Shown here: positions 1 through 11,949 of the stretch, in pieces
Layout of the letters: the number at the start of each line of letters is the position of its first letter
Position numbering within the stretch: the stretch's first letter is position 1
NCBI RefSeq assembly: GCF_030028105.1
Contig: NC_092384.1
Coordinates: forward strand, 17,367,629 to 17,431,628
Source: Mobula birostris
Lineage: Eukaryota
Direction of reading: 5' to 3'
DNA: 64,000 nucleotides
Notes under the pieces: model-generated
What the model was told of the DNA's origin: nothing
The model's database searches: none
What the model saw: only the letters and a program-made list of their open reading frames with translations
Made by a program: the position numbers and the translations under genes

Positions 1-1600
1 CATCAACCTGGGGAAAATGATTAATGAAACACAAGAAGAGAAATGTTATCAGGTAGGGAAAATTTAATAAGTTTGAAGTGCTGGAAACCTGAAATAAAAC
101 AAAGAAATGGAAGACACAAAACTTTAGTTGATCAGGAACCACCAGTTAAAGAGAAGCAGTTAACGTTGCATTCTGGGGAATGGTCTTCAATCTGGAATGT
201 CAACTGGCTCTCTTTCCAAATATGTCGTCAGTAGCTACCGATTATTTTCTGTTTGGATTCCAAATGGGAGAAGGCAATACTTTTATCCGTTTTAGGTGTT
301 TCTTCCCAAAATGAGGATAATGATCATTCAGCATAGCATCGTGGACCAGAAGATGCCATGTGGAGTTTCGTTTAACATGTGGTTATCATTGTTCACCACA
401 TACTACAGCGTTTAGCTGCAAGTATATTCGATTCCATTGCAGGTTATGCACTGCTGTATGGATTTTCGTTGGGGATCAGGGTTAAAACTGCATATAATAT
501 TGCAAAGACCAGTTCAACAAAACATTACGTCGTTGCATTTTTTTATCTTGTTTACTATCCGTTGAGATCAAATGTAGCAGACATTACGAATTGATTTGAT
601 CACACACTGTACTTTCCCATTGTGCAGTAAACTGTGATTCCGTAAACTAGCATCTACTAGTTTCTCGCAATCTCAGATGTTTGTTTAATTATTCGCCAAA
701 CTATGTTACCTTCCACTGGGAAACATTACCGCTCACTTTCCAATGCAACCGCTTACGAACTGGTGTGGAATCTTGAAAGAACACAGGAAGCAGATGCAAC
801 GGGTACATTCAAATAAATCATGGATATATATTGAAAATAGTTTTAAATTTTTCTGCTACACTCCAAAGTTTTATGGAATAAAATAGATTCATAATATCTA
901 TGCTATGCGTGTACCCTGCTCTGAAACAAGACCAGTCACTGCATCTACCGGGTCTCCATTCTGACATCCAGCCAAATAATGAGTGTTACGCCCTTCAGAA
1001 AAGAAAACAAAAGGAAATAATTTGCATTGTAAACACTGAACATTATCCGTTTGATACCCATCGATTTAATCATCTAAGTGGAACTGCTGAAGTTATAGAT
1101 CTTTCAGAAATTATTTGCTGGTAACAGTCGTGGTAATATACTCTGTTCTGCATTCATCTGCTGCTATGCTCAAAGGGTTTTGTCTTTCAACGAGGCTGTA
1201 AAGTGATAATAGCATTACAGCGGCCGTACTGTATTTAAATATTGTCACCAATATGGAAATTAAGACCAATGAGCCGTACATAAGTTGGCTAATGTTCTTT
1301 ACACAATCAGAGGGACTTTAGATCAACGCCAAGTCTTTTAAGTCTCAAATTACGGATCTGCCATTTTACTGAAAAGGACATTTGAAGAACTCCAAAGGGA
1401 TATAGCAAAAATCGTGAATGAGATATGAAATACTTCCAGTGGACTGGTGAAATAGTTGAATTTTAAAATCCAGCTTGTATTGTGCCAGAATATTGTCACT
1501 GAAATCCGGCTTCGAAAATCGCGATTCATGTCCAATCATGCTGTAAACGTCATTTGCTGTTTTAAAGTTAAATATCATAATAGGAATCCTTAGTTTCATG
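1..1600 (+). repeat. Segmental duplication block A, copy 1 (others at ~26505-27345 and ~57700-59290)
   Basis: Collinear diverged identity, e.g. gattccattgcaggttat at ~430, ~26520 and ~58110; ggaagcagat at ~786, ~26850 and ~58475. Confidence 0.9.
949..992 (-). pseudogene. Paralog of the 44-nt cytoplasmic exon (copy 1), with no adjacent TM exon
   Basis: ttttcttttctgaag|GG CGT...GAC CCG|gtagat encodes (G)RNTHYLAGCQNGDP. Flanks 1-1600 are homologous to 57700-59290. Confidence 0.65.
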
Positions 1601-2269
1601 AGACCATGGATTTGCCATTCGCTTGGATAACATCCGTGGTGTGTTGGAAAGTTTCCTTCGGAAGATTCCAGGGCGCAGGGCTAAGCAAGTTTGTATGGAA
1701 GACCAGCAGTTTCCCATGCTGCCAGTCTCCCCTCTCCACGCCACAGATGTTGTCCAAGGGAATGGCATTAGGACCCATACAGCTTACAGCCATGAACGGA
1801 AAAGCGAAGCTGATATTATGCGCATTTATTCTACATTTCTATTCTTTCATAAACCTGTCGGCCTGCAGCAAAATGGTCGAAAATGACCTGACACTGCTAT
1901 ACGAACGATGATGCCCTGCAGATAGGCAACCCAGGGGCTGAACGAACTCCGCTTCTCCCTACAGAGATTTCACTGAAAGGTAAGCCCAAAGTTCACGATT
2001 TTGTAAACGTGGACTGCTTCCGCTACAACTACAGTTCGTATTTAACTTAGGAAAATCTATTTTCAGATTGCTTTCACAACATTTAGCAGTTCCCTCTGCT
2101 GCAATGGCGATCCTGAGATCACGGTTGCCGTACACCACTGCCATGGACCATATACGGATTACAGATGTTTATGTGCTTGTTGCCGTGAGGCAAATTAGTT
2201 TGTATAAGTTCTCAGGGCCCGAGATGGAGTGCTATCCGACCTTTTGGGAGGCTCGTGCATAGCTTGAAG

Positions 2270-2910
2270 GTGTCTTGATAGAGGTATTCAAAATATCCTG
2301 ACCCACGGGTGAGGGGCCGGAATGGATATGACAATTTTTTGCAGTTGTTCAAGAAACGCTCTAAGAATACGCCGCAATCTTTTAGGCTGGTGAGCCTGAC
2401 GCTTGTAAAGGGTAATTTGTTGGAAATATTCCAAAATATTCCAAATGACAGGATACATAACTATTTAGATAGGAGTAGGAATAGCCATCAAGATCATGTG
2501 CATGGTAAGCAGTGTCTGGCTTACCTTAAAGAGCTTTTCGAGGAGTTTACCATCTTGAAGGAAATACAGTAGATGTTGTCCACATGGCACACCCTTGGGC
2601 AAAGTCCGGAATGAGAGGCTGATGAAGATGGTTTGGTTGGCATTCAGGATGAATTAGTAAAATGTATTTAACATTGGCTTGGCGGGAAAGCCAGAGAGTG
2701 GTAGTGGACGTCTTCTCTCTGACTGGAGGCCTGCAACTGGAGGTGTGCCACGGGGATCGGTGCTGGTTACGTTGTCAGTTGTCCATCGATATTAATGATT
2801 TTTATGATAATGGATTAAGCTGGTTCAGGAAGTTTGTAGATCTGGACAGTGGGGAATATATGCAATGTGACATGGGACGGCTGTTAAAATGGGCTGTAAA
2901 ATGACAGCTG
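2270..2910 (+). mobile_element. Old CR1 LINE ORF2 fragment
   Basis: Degenerate RT-region sequence, e.g. WLTGRRQRVVVDG-like aacattggcttggcgggaaagccagagagtggtagtgga. Confidence 0.65.
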
Positions 2911-3378
2911 GAAATTATTCGCTTCCGAATTCCATTTGAGCGCAACTCTCTACTCTTTACATTCTAACCCTATCAAAATTCATCTCGATATTACGATTTC
3001 TATTTCTCTCCCTATTTTGAATGGGGAAGAGGGTATAGATTTTGAAAAAAAAATTGCAAATCACATTTGGATTGATAATTTGCAGCTCGTGCGACAAATA
3101 GATAAATTATATTGCTATTAATTCTTTTGCATCTGGGTGAGTTTGTAACCTTGGCATATCCTGTAAGAGAGTTGATAAAATTGTTCATGCTTTGCATCCT
3201 GTGTGATGGGAAATCGAGCTTTCCAGCGACAGCCACTCACATCAGTAACAAATTTATTTCAACATTTTGCTTGCCTGCATTTGACTCGTATCTCTCTCCA
3301 TCTCGGTTGCCCGAAGAAGATAATGGAGTCTTGGATCATGGGGAAGACTTGTGGATTGTAGTCTTTTTCAGAGGTCTG

Positions 3379-6017
3379 TTAGTTCATGTTATGTGTATTT
3401 TTGGTTACACTGTTTATATTGCTATTTAGCACGATTTTGACGTAGCACTTCGACGCGAATTGGTTCTGCGGCCTGCAGCGAAATTTTACACCGAACTCAA
3501 AGACACTGAACATTCCGAGAGTGTTTCAAGGACTCTGCTTTGATGTTTACTAGTCTGTGTGTTATTCGTTCCTTTTTGCCGTCTGCACTATCTGCTGTTT
3601 TATTCTCGTTGGTTGTCTGATTTTTTTTTAAAGTTTCCATGATGTTTCTTTTTTGCCTGGCTGCCTGCGGGAAAACAAATCTCAGGGTTGTATATTGCTT
3701 ACATAATTCATAGCAAATGTACGTTGATCTTGAATCGAACAAAAATAGTAACAACCTTCCTTCTTTGTTTTTCTTCGTTGTGTTGTTCCGTTCCAATCAT
3801 ATACCATCGGTCAATTATCACCCCCCTGGTTGCAACCGCAAACGCAAACCCCGACTTCTCGTCCTCTTGATTATATTTTAGCTCGTCTCCCTCTCTTGTT
3901 CGAACTCTAGCCGCTCCTGCAAAGACATTCTTGACTTCCAAACTGAAATTTGGTAGCTATGAATTCTATTCGCCTTACAATCAACATTGCAGTAAGATTT
4001 GCAGAAAACGGGGAGAGCAGGTGCGATTTTACGGCAAGAAAGGCTTTAACGCTTTTTTTTCTCCTAATAATTTCCTTCAGGGTTTGTTTATAAAAGTCCG
4101 ACTGATGAACTATTGTTTAATAGCTGGAAAACAACCGAAAAGAAACTGATGAACGAGACTGGTTTGAACAGTAAGTCCATTCCGTCGGACACCGTCATTC
4201 ACACGTCTCCGGTAAATGTGTGATTTTGGATTCTGAGCATTCATGAAACTGCACAAGGGAAGCGATATATGGTCGAGGAGTAGGCCTGTTACTTCAGCAA
4301 TTCTCATCTAATTCAAATGCTTGTTCATTTCGAGGCTGCATACCTTTTATGAAATAAAAACATAATACTAAATGTTACTTCATAAATTTATTCCAGCGAT
4401 GGATTTGTCGTTTTTTTTTTTGTACAATGTCGCCCCCATAGTACTCAGGTTCCTCGCTTGCTGCTCTGGCTAGTTCGCACGAAGAACTCGGCGAGAAGTA
4501 ACAACAAGTGTTGTCTCTGACAGAAAACGATTTCGGATGTAGGATAATAATCACAGAGAAGAGAGTGCTTAGAGTTGAAACTATACATTATTCAGTTTAA
4601 TGATTATGGTAACACAGATATTTAGGAGGTATTGCAAGAAAATCTATAAAGCGAGCATGGGGGACACCTCAACTGATAGAATGCAGTTCCGAGGCTCCAT
4701 TTTTAAGTCCAATCAGCACGAGCGGAACTGGGGGTAATGCTGCTATTTCAAATATCTCTTAAATTTGCACAAAGTAAAAGATGCAGAATCAATCTGAGCT
4801 AATGTTTAACCAGGTGCAGACAAAACAGGCATCGGAATGAATCATTTGTCTGACTCGGCAGCGCATACACGCTTACCCGTTTCTAATATGAGAATACAGA
4901 ATATTCTTCAAATCATCGTGGTCGGCGGTGAAACTCTACTGAATTTCTCGCGAAAGCACTAAAGACTCTGATTACCATGCGGATCACGCCCCTCTTGTGA
5001 GTTGTTATGCACCTGGAATTGCCACGATTTGGCGGGGACGTTGCGCTGTTTTCATTGACACGTTATCGCCATCATTGAATTGCATCTCCTGCCCTCTCCG
5101 AAATGAAATCTTGTATGCGTATCGAGCGTGAGGTTGTTCACAGTAACACACATTTAGTCCAGTGGATCCCACTGGATGTAATTAAGTTCGGGCTGTTGAG
5201 CAGATTGTCGAGGAGAGGATGAATCAATGGTCAGCTTCCATATGCTTCCTACGTTCATAGTCAATATTCTGATTTCCATGCCAATTACCACACCATTTTG
5301 TCCAGTTATGCATTGGGAATTTCCACGAATCGTTTGGGATGTTATGCTACTTTCATGGACACATTGTCGCCATCACTGAATTCCATCGTATGTCCTGTCA
5401 GAATTGAAATAGATTGCAGAAACACGTATTTTGTCCATTGGTGCAGCTGGATGTAATTGAGGTGGGGAAGTTGAGGAGGTTGGCCGGATGAGGACACCGA
5501 CGTAGTTAATTTTATCCTGCTGTTGATGTGGATGAAGTGTAAGGGGGAAAACAACAATTAATAAGAGACAGTTACCTTTCAAGTGATTTGAACTGCCTAA
5601 CACAGAAATGCGACTGCGGTTTTAAACACCGCTTCCAGTAGGTAAGTTTTCTGCCGAGACGGGTGGGGGGTGGGGAGAGATGGGGGACTGGTCTTCATCT
5701 TCAGATATTCCGTTTTTCGACACATAAATACCAAAGGTGACAGGACTGTGATTAATTTCCCATGAACCACCGTCTGTTCTCTATTAGTCGATTCCTCATG
5801 GCGTGTAGGAATTGAAAAGTAACTTGGACAGATCACTAACCATTTAAAAATAAGCTGGCTGAAAAATAATTACCTGGTTTAAACACTTGTGAGATTGTTG
5901 TGGTTGCTGTTAGGTGACAATTAAATAAGGTGGCGCATGCATCATTAATTGTAAATGCTTTGGAAATAGTCCCTGTATCTCTTTAGTTTGGCTTGCATAT
6001 ATATTGTTCATTGTTAA
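3379..6017 (-). pseudogene. Orphan cassette of small cytoplasmic-tail-like exons, copy 1
   Basis: Candidate exons: 5835-5759 (ICPSYFSIPTRHEESTNREQTVVHG), ~5519-5427 (..PHLNYIQL), an exon ending 4877 (..KNILYSHIRN), 4516-4445 (DNTCCYFSPSSSCELARAASEEP), 4248-4203 and 3465-3379 (NQFASKCYVKI...stop). Synonymous differences vs copy 2; some stops and frameshifts. Confidence 0.55.
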
Positions 6018-6480
6018 CTGGCCAGGAAAAACACAAAACAGTATAAGAAAAAAAATGTGCTTTTTAAGTACTTAATTTATCATTTTATTAATTCAAATGC
6101 TTGAATATTTCTGAAAATGTCAGAAAAATCGAGAGGTTTTCAACTGTTAAACACAGCTCTGGTTATGTCTATGGGCTGACTGTTTTCTAGATTTGTAATT
6201 TATGAGAACTTGTATGAGAAAAGTGTACTTTTGTGCACTTCACAACAAAATCCATTGTAACGTCGCGCTTTAAATGTCTTTACCTTCATTGGAAACATAT
6301 TCCCAAATGTTCTCAACAATGTCTTTCTATAAGCGAACAGAACAGGAACAGGCCACCGACCCACAATGCTGCGCCAAACCAGCTAAAAGGGAATCAAAAC
6401 ACACAACCACTAATCACAACCACCTGACCCATGTTAATCCTTACATCCATATGCCTATCCAAATGTCTGTTGAAATCTCC
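3380..6480 (+). repeat. Segmental duplication block B, copy 1 (copy 2 at ~27410-29430 plus ~31905-32230)
   Basis: Collinear identity, e.g. gaacgagactggtttgaacagtaag at 4151 and ~27524. Segment ~3480-4140 is present only in copy 1. Copy 2 is split by a CR1. Confidence 0.9.
4965..5520. repeat. Old two-unit tandem duplication (~275-300 bp unit); also at ~28340-28890
   Basis: ctgattaccatg/ctgatttccatg and tcgccatcattgaatt/tcgccatcactgaatt recur 301 bp apart; ggatgtaatt recurs 275 bp apart. Confidence 0.8.
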
Positions 6481-6720
6481 TATTGTACTTGCCGGTACGA
6501 GCATACCAGGCATCCACAACTCTCTAAGTAAAAGACTTGCCCACCTTGAACCTGCCCCCTGTCACGGTCAATGTGTGTCCTCTAGTATTAGACATGTCAA
6601 CTCTGGGTAACAGAAGCTCTCTGTAAACTTTATCTATGCCTCTCAATCTTGTAAATCTCTATTAGATCTCCCTTCAGCCTGCGACGCGCCAAAGAAAACA
6701 ACCCATGTTTAACAGCATGA
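6310..6720 (-). mobile_element. Old CR1 3' end, shared with ~32080-32470 (predates the duplication)
   Basis: CR1 3' UTR-type text (acaggcc..cccacaatgctgcgccaaaccagctaaaa) at the same junction in both block B copies. Confidence 0.65.
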
Positions 6721-6721
6721 T

Positions 6722-9700
6722 ACAGTTGTGCCGAACATGTCCTTAATTAAAAATGACTAGGCTTACCAAGAGCCCTCGATTTTAAAAAGCTCCATGAACC
6801 TATCTAAAATTCTCTTAAAAGACCCTACCGTATCCGACTCCACCACCTTTGCCGGCAGCCTGTTCCACGCACTCACCACTCTCCGAGAGAAATATTTACC
6901 CCTGACATCTCCTCTGTACGTACTCCACAGCACCCTAAACCTCTGTCCTCTTATGGAAACTATTTCAGCCCTGGTAGAAAGCCTCTGACTATCCACACAC
7001 TCAATGTCTCTCACCAACTTATACACCTCTATCAGGTCACCTCTTATCCTCCGTCGCTCCAAGGAGAAAAAAATTTGAGTTCAGTCAACCTATTCTCCTT
7101 AGGCATGCTTCCTAATCCAGGCAACATCCTAGTAAATATCCTCTGCACCCTTTCTATGGCTTCCACATCCTTCCTGTAGTGAGGCGACCAGAGCTGAGCA
7201 TTGTACTCCAAGTGTGGTCTGACCAGGGTCCTATATAGCTGCAACATTACCTCTTGGCTCCTAAATTCAATTCAGCGATTGATGAAGGCGAATGCACGGT
7301 ACGCCTTCTTAACCACAGAATCAACCTGCGCAGCTGATTTGAGTGTCCTATGGATTCGGACCCCAAGATCTCTCTGATCCTCCACACTGTCAAGAGCCTT
7401 ACCATTAATACTATATTCTGCCTCATATTTGACCTACCGAAATGAACTATTTCATGGTTATTTGGGGTGAACTGCATCTGCCTCTTCTCAGCCCAGTTTT
7501 GCATCCTCTCAATGTCCTGTTGTAACATCTGACAGCCCACCACACTATTCACAACACCTCCAACCTTTGTGTCAGCAGCAAACTTACTAACCGATCCCTC
7601 CACTTCTTCGTCCAGGTCATTTATAAAAATCACGACTTGTATGGGTCCCAGAACAGATCCCTGAGGCACTGCACTGGTGACCGAACTCCATGCAGAATAT
7701 AACCCGTCTACAACCACTCTTTGCCTTCTGTGGGCAAGCCAGTTCTGGATCCACAAGCAATGTTCCCTTGGATCCCATGCCTCCTTACTTTCTCAATAAG
7801 CTTTACATTGGGTACGTTATCAAAGGCCTTGATGAAATCCATATACACTACATCTGCTGAGTTTCCTTCATCAATGTGTTTTGTCACATTCTCAGAAAAT
7901 TCAATCAGGCTCGTAAGGCATGACGTGCCCTTGACAAAGCCATGCTGACTACTCTTAATCTAACTATACCTCTCCAAATTTTGAGATATCCTGCCTCTCA
8001 GGATCTCCTCCATCAACTTCCCAACCACTGAGGTAAGACTCATAGGTCTATAGTTTTCTGAGCTATCTCTACTCCATTTCTTGAATAAAAGAACAACATC
8101 CGCAATTCTCCACTTGCCGGTAACCTCTTCCGTCCCCCTTGATGATGCAAAGATCATCGTCAGAGGCTCGACAATCTCTCCCTCGCCTCCCACAGTTGCC
8201 TGGTGTACATTTCATCCGGTGCCAGCGACTTATCCAACTTGATGCTTTCCAAAAGCTCCAGCACATCCTCTTCCTGAATATCTACATGCTCAAGTTTTTC
8301 AGTCTGCTGCAAGCCATCACTACAATCACCAAAATCGTTTTCCATAGCGAATACTGAAGTAAAATATTCATGAGGTACCACTGCTCTTTCCTCCGGTTCC
8401 ATACACACATTCCCACTATCACACTTGATAGATCTTATTCTTTCACGTCATATCCTCTTGCTCTTCACATACTTGTAGAATGCCTTGGGTTTTTCCTTAA
8501 TCCTACCCGCCAAGGCCTTCTCAAGCCCCTTCTGGCTCTCCTAATTTCCTACATAAGCTCCTTCCTCTAACTCTTATAATCTCCCCGATCTCTGACGTTA
8601 CAGATCTCTCAAACTTTTGTCAACTTTTCTTTTCATCCTGAGTAGATTTATTACAGCCTTTGTAAACCACAGTTTCTGTACTCTCAGATTTTTTTTCTGT
8701 CTCATTGGAATGTATCCGTGCAGAACTCCACACAAATATCGCCTGAATATTTGCCAAATTTCTTCCGTACTTTTCCCTATGAACATCTTGTTTTCCAATT
8801 TAAGCATCCAATTTTCTTCCTAATACCCTCACAATTCCCCTTACTACAATGAAACTCTTTTCTAACTTGTCTGTGCCAATCTTTCTCCAATGCTGTTGTA
8901 AAGGAGATAGAATTATAATAACTGTCTCCAAAATGCTCTCCCACTGAGAGATCTGACACCTGACCAGGTTCATTTCCCAAGACCAAATCAAGTACAGTCT
9001 CTCCTGTTTACCTACATATTGTGTCAAGAAACCTTCTTGAACACACCTAACAAACTTCACCCCATCTAAACCCCTTGCTCTAGGGAGATGCCAATCGATA
9101 TTTGGGAAATTAAATCTCTCATTACGACAATTATGTTGTTATTACACTTTTCCAGAGTCTGTTTTACTATCTGCTCCTTGATATTCCTGTTACTATTGGG
9201 CGGCCTATAAAAAACACCCCAGTAAAGTTATTGACCTTTTCTTTGTTTCTCCACCCACAGAGACACCGTATATGCAATCCTGCTATGGTGTCCACCTTTT
9301 CTGCAGCCGTGACACTATCTCTGATCAACAATGCCACGCCCCTACCTCTTTTGCCTCCCTCCCTGTCCTTTCTGAAACATCTATAACCCGGCACTTAAAG
9401 TAACCATTCCTGTCCCTCTGCCATCCACATCATATCTCCAAGTACTGATCCACGCTTTCTGCTCATCAGCTTTGTTCACAACACACCTTGCGTTAAAATT
9501 GGCACATCTCAGATCTCCGTTCTGAGCGAGTACCTTCTTCATGAGCTGCCTGTCCTCCCTCTTGCACTGTCCACGAGCTTTCTCTATTTGTGAGCCAACA
9601 TCTTCTTCCCCAGTGACTCCAGTTCGGTTCCCACTCCCCAACAATTCTAGTTTAAACTCTCTCCAGTAGCATTAGCAATCCTCCCCGCCAGGATATTGGT

Positions 9701-11935
9701 TCCCCTGGGATTCAAGAGCGACCGGTCCTTTTTGTACAGGTCACACCTTCCCCAAAAGAGGTCCAAATGATCAAGGAATCTGAATCCCTGCCCCCTGCTC
9801 CAATCCCTCAGCCACCCATTTATCTTCCACCTCATTCTACTCCGGTTCTTACTGTCGCGTGGCACAGGCAGTAATCCCGAGATTACTACCTTTGCGGTCC
9901 CGGTTCTCAACTTTCTTCCTAACTCTCTATAAACTTTCTTCAGGACCTCTTCCCTTTTCCTACCTATGTCAATGCTACCAATATGTACCACGACCACTGG
10001 CTGTTTTCCCTCCCACTGCAGGGTATCTTGGACATGATCTGAAACATCCTGGACCCTGGCACCAGGGAGGCAAACTATCATCCGCGTTTCTTTCCTGCGT
10101 GCACAGAACCACCTGTCTGACCCCCTGACTATAGAGTCCCCTATCACTGCTGCCATCATCTTTCTTTCCCTACATTTCTGAACCACAGGATCAGACTCCG
10201 TGCCAGAGGCACGGCCACTGTTGCTTCCCCTAGGCAGGCTGTTCCCCACCCACTCCGCCCCCCCCCCCCCCCGCCCGCCAACAGTACTCAAGCAGGAGTA
10301 TTTATTGTCAAGGGATACAGCCACAGGTGTACTCTCCACTACCCGACTCTTCCCCTTCTCTTTCTTGACTGTGACCCACTTGTCTGTCTCCCGTGGCCCC
10401 GGTGTGACCATCTGCCTATGTCACAATGGGGGACGTTGATGTTGGACCCAAAGGCAAGACACGGACACTGAGGTACTAGGAACAGGACTTGACTAGAATA
10501 GGGGCGTGACAGGATACAGACAAGGAGCAGGGACAATAACGCACTTTTGGCTAGGACATGGACAAGACAGGGAACCCGGACAAGGAACTATGCACTAGGA
10601 GCCTGGGCTTGGGCTCCGAGCCAGAGAATGGACAGGGACCCAGAACCTGGGTCATGCCTCGGGCTCGGGCCCCAGAACCAGGCAAGGTCATGACATGACT
10701 ACAGGACAGAACGTCGCTGGGGACTAGATGCTTGCGAGTGCAGGCTGGGGTCTTGAGTTTAGAAGCATGAGGCTGTGGTCTTGGTCTTGAGGCTTGAGGC
10801 TTGAGGCTTGAGGTTACGGTCTTGAGGCTTGGAGGCAGTCTGGGATCTTGAGGCTTGAGATTGGAGGCAGGCTGGGGTCTTGAGGCTTGAGATTGGAGAC
10901 AGGATGGGGTCTTGAGGCTTGAGATTGGAGACAGGATGGGGTCTTGAGGCTTGAGATTGGAGACAGAATGGGGTCTTGAGGCTTGAGTTTGGAGACGGGC
11001 TGGGGTCTAGAGGCTTGATCTTGGAGATAGGCTGGGGTCTTGAGGCTGGAGGCTGCAGGCTGGGGTCTTGAGTCTAGGAATGCGGAATTTGATACCTCGG
11101 AGGCTGGAGCTCGGAGACAGACTGGGAACTGTAAATCAACATAGAGCCGGGACTTATCCTTCTAAAAGCCAGGACTCATTTTTAACACGACACTAACATT
11201 AGACTGGACATTACATAGACATAGAGCTGGGACTTATCCTTAGACAAGCCGGGACTTAACTTTATCTCCACACCAAGGTGGGACAGGCCCATCCGTCAGG
11301 TAACGGCAGAACGGCGCGACTTACACAACAGAGGCCAAGACAAGACAAGACAGGACCCCTGGCAGGGCAACGGGAAAACGGCATGACTGACCCCATGGAG
11401 GCGAGGACAAGACAATACAGATCCCCCGCAGGGCAACCGCAGAACGGTCTGATTTACCCCACGGAGGCGAGGACGAGAAGAGACAAACACCGAAGAACGA
11501 CAGACAGTTCCATACCTGCATCGGGGTCGATCCGAGTTGCAGTTCGGCCAGCAACTTCAGCTGGCTACGGAAACAGCCGGATCGCTACCTAGCTCGGAGT
11601 GGCTGCCAGCCACTCAGCTGGCCCGGGAAACAGACGAATCCATACGGCCTAAAGATGTCAAGTGGCCGCACTAGCCTTCCACTGTCAGGTTGCTCCCAAG
11701 AATTCTTGACAAGACAAACCAGCAGCCCACAGTTGTCCCCATGGCTACTTATATTCCAAGCCCCAAGATGGAAAACAGGTGCCTATGATTAGCTCAAACA
11801 AATCAAGGGAAAGCTGGAAGACCCGGAGTCCTAACTCCACAGACCGGAGCGTGAACCGGAATGCGGACTTCACGAACCGGACCATGATAGCCTATAGCTC
11901 CTTTCTGTCACCTCCCCGCTCTCCCTGACCAGGCA
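6722..11935 (-). mobile_element. Long CR1 LINE (ORF1 esterase plus decayed ORF2 EN/RT), interrupted by a solo LTR
   Basis: ORF2 fragments RRIRGDLIEVYK, YRTLVRPHLEY, VPQGSVLGP..KFAADTK, YRPMSLTSVVGKLME, LRCANFNAR. ORF1 9647-10411 with GDSIVRG..CLPGARV..VHIGSID. Confidence 0.92.
10419..11889 (-). mobile_element. Solo LTR (Gypsy-type) with internal ~32-bp tandem repeats
   Basis: Termini TGTCAC...CATGATA. Perfect 5-bp TSD GCCTA (10414-10418 / 11890-11894). CR1 ORF1 sequence resumes on the other side. Confidence 0.88.
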
Positions 11936-11949
11936 AGATATTCGAGCTG

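Noticed and set aside
949-992. Alternative phase-0 reading of the 44-nt exon (GVTLIIWLDVRMET / GLNQILWWDVRRKT / GLAQVLWTDVRMKS), open in all three copies
   Set aside because: Incompatible with the phase-1 TM donor and phase-0 terminal exon in the intact gene. Not excluded for the downstream copies, where the preceding cassette has a phase-0 donor.
1965-1979. Plus-strand 15-nt micro-exon with good splice signals
   Set aside because: No supporting neighbouring exons, not conserved in the paralogous units, and opposite to the gene strand.
3708-3941. 77-aa minus-strand ORF in the segment unique to block B copy 1
   Set aside because: No recognisable motif and no paralog to test constraint.
10740-11100. 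Regularly spaced ~32-bp repeats resembling a CRISPR array
   Set aside because: Head-to-tail degenerate minisatellite without unique spacers, inside a TSD-flanked LTR in vertebrate DNA; no cas genes.
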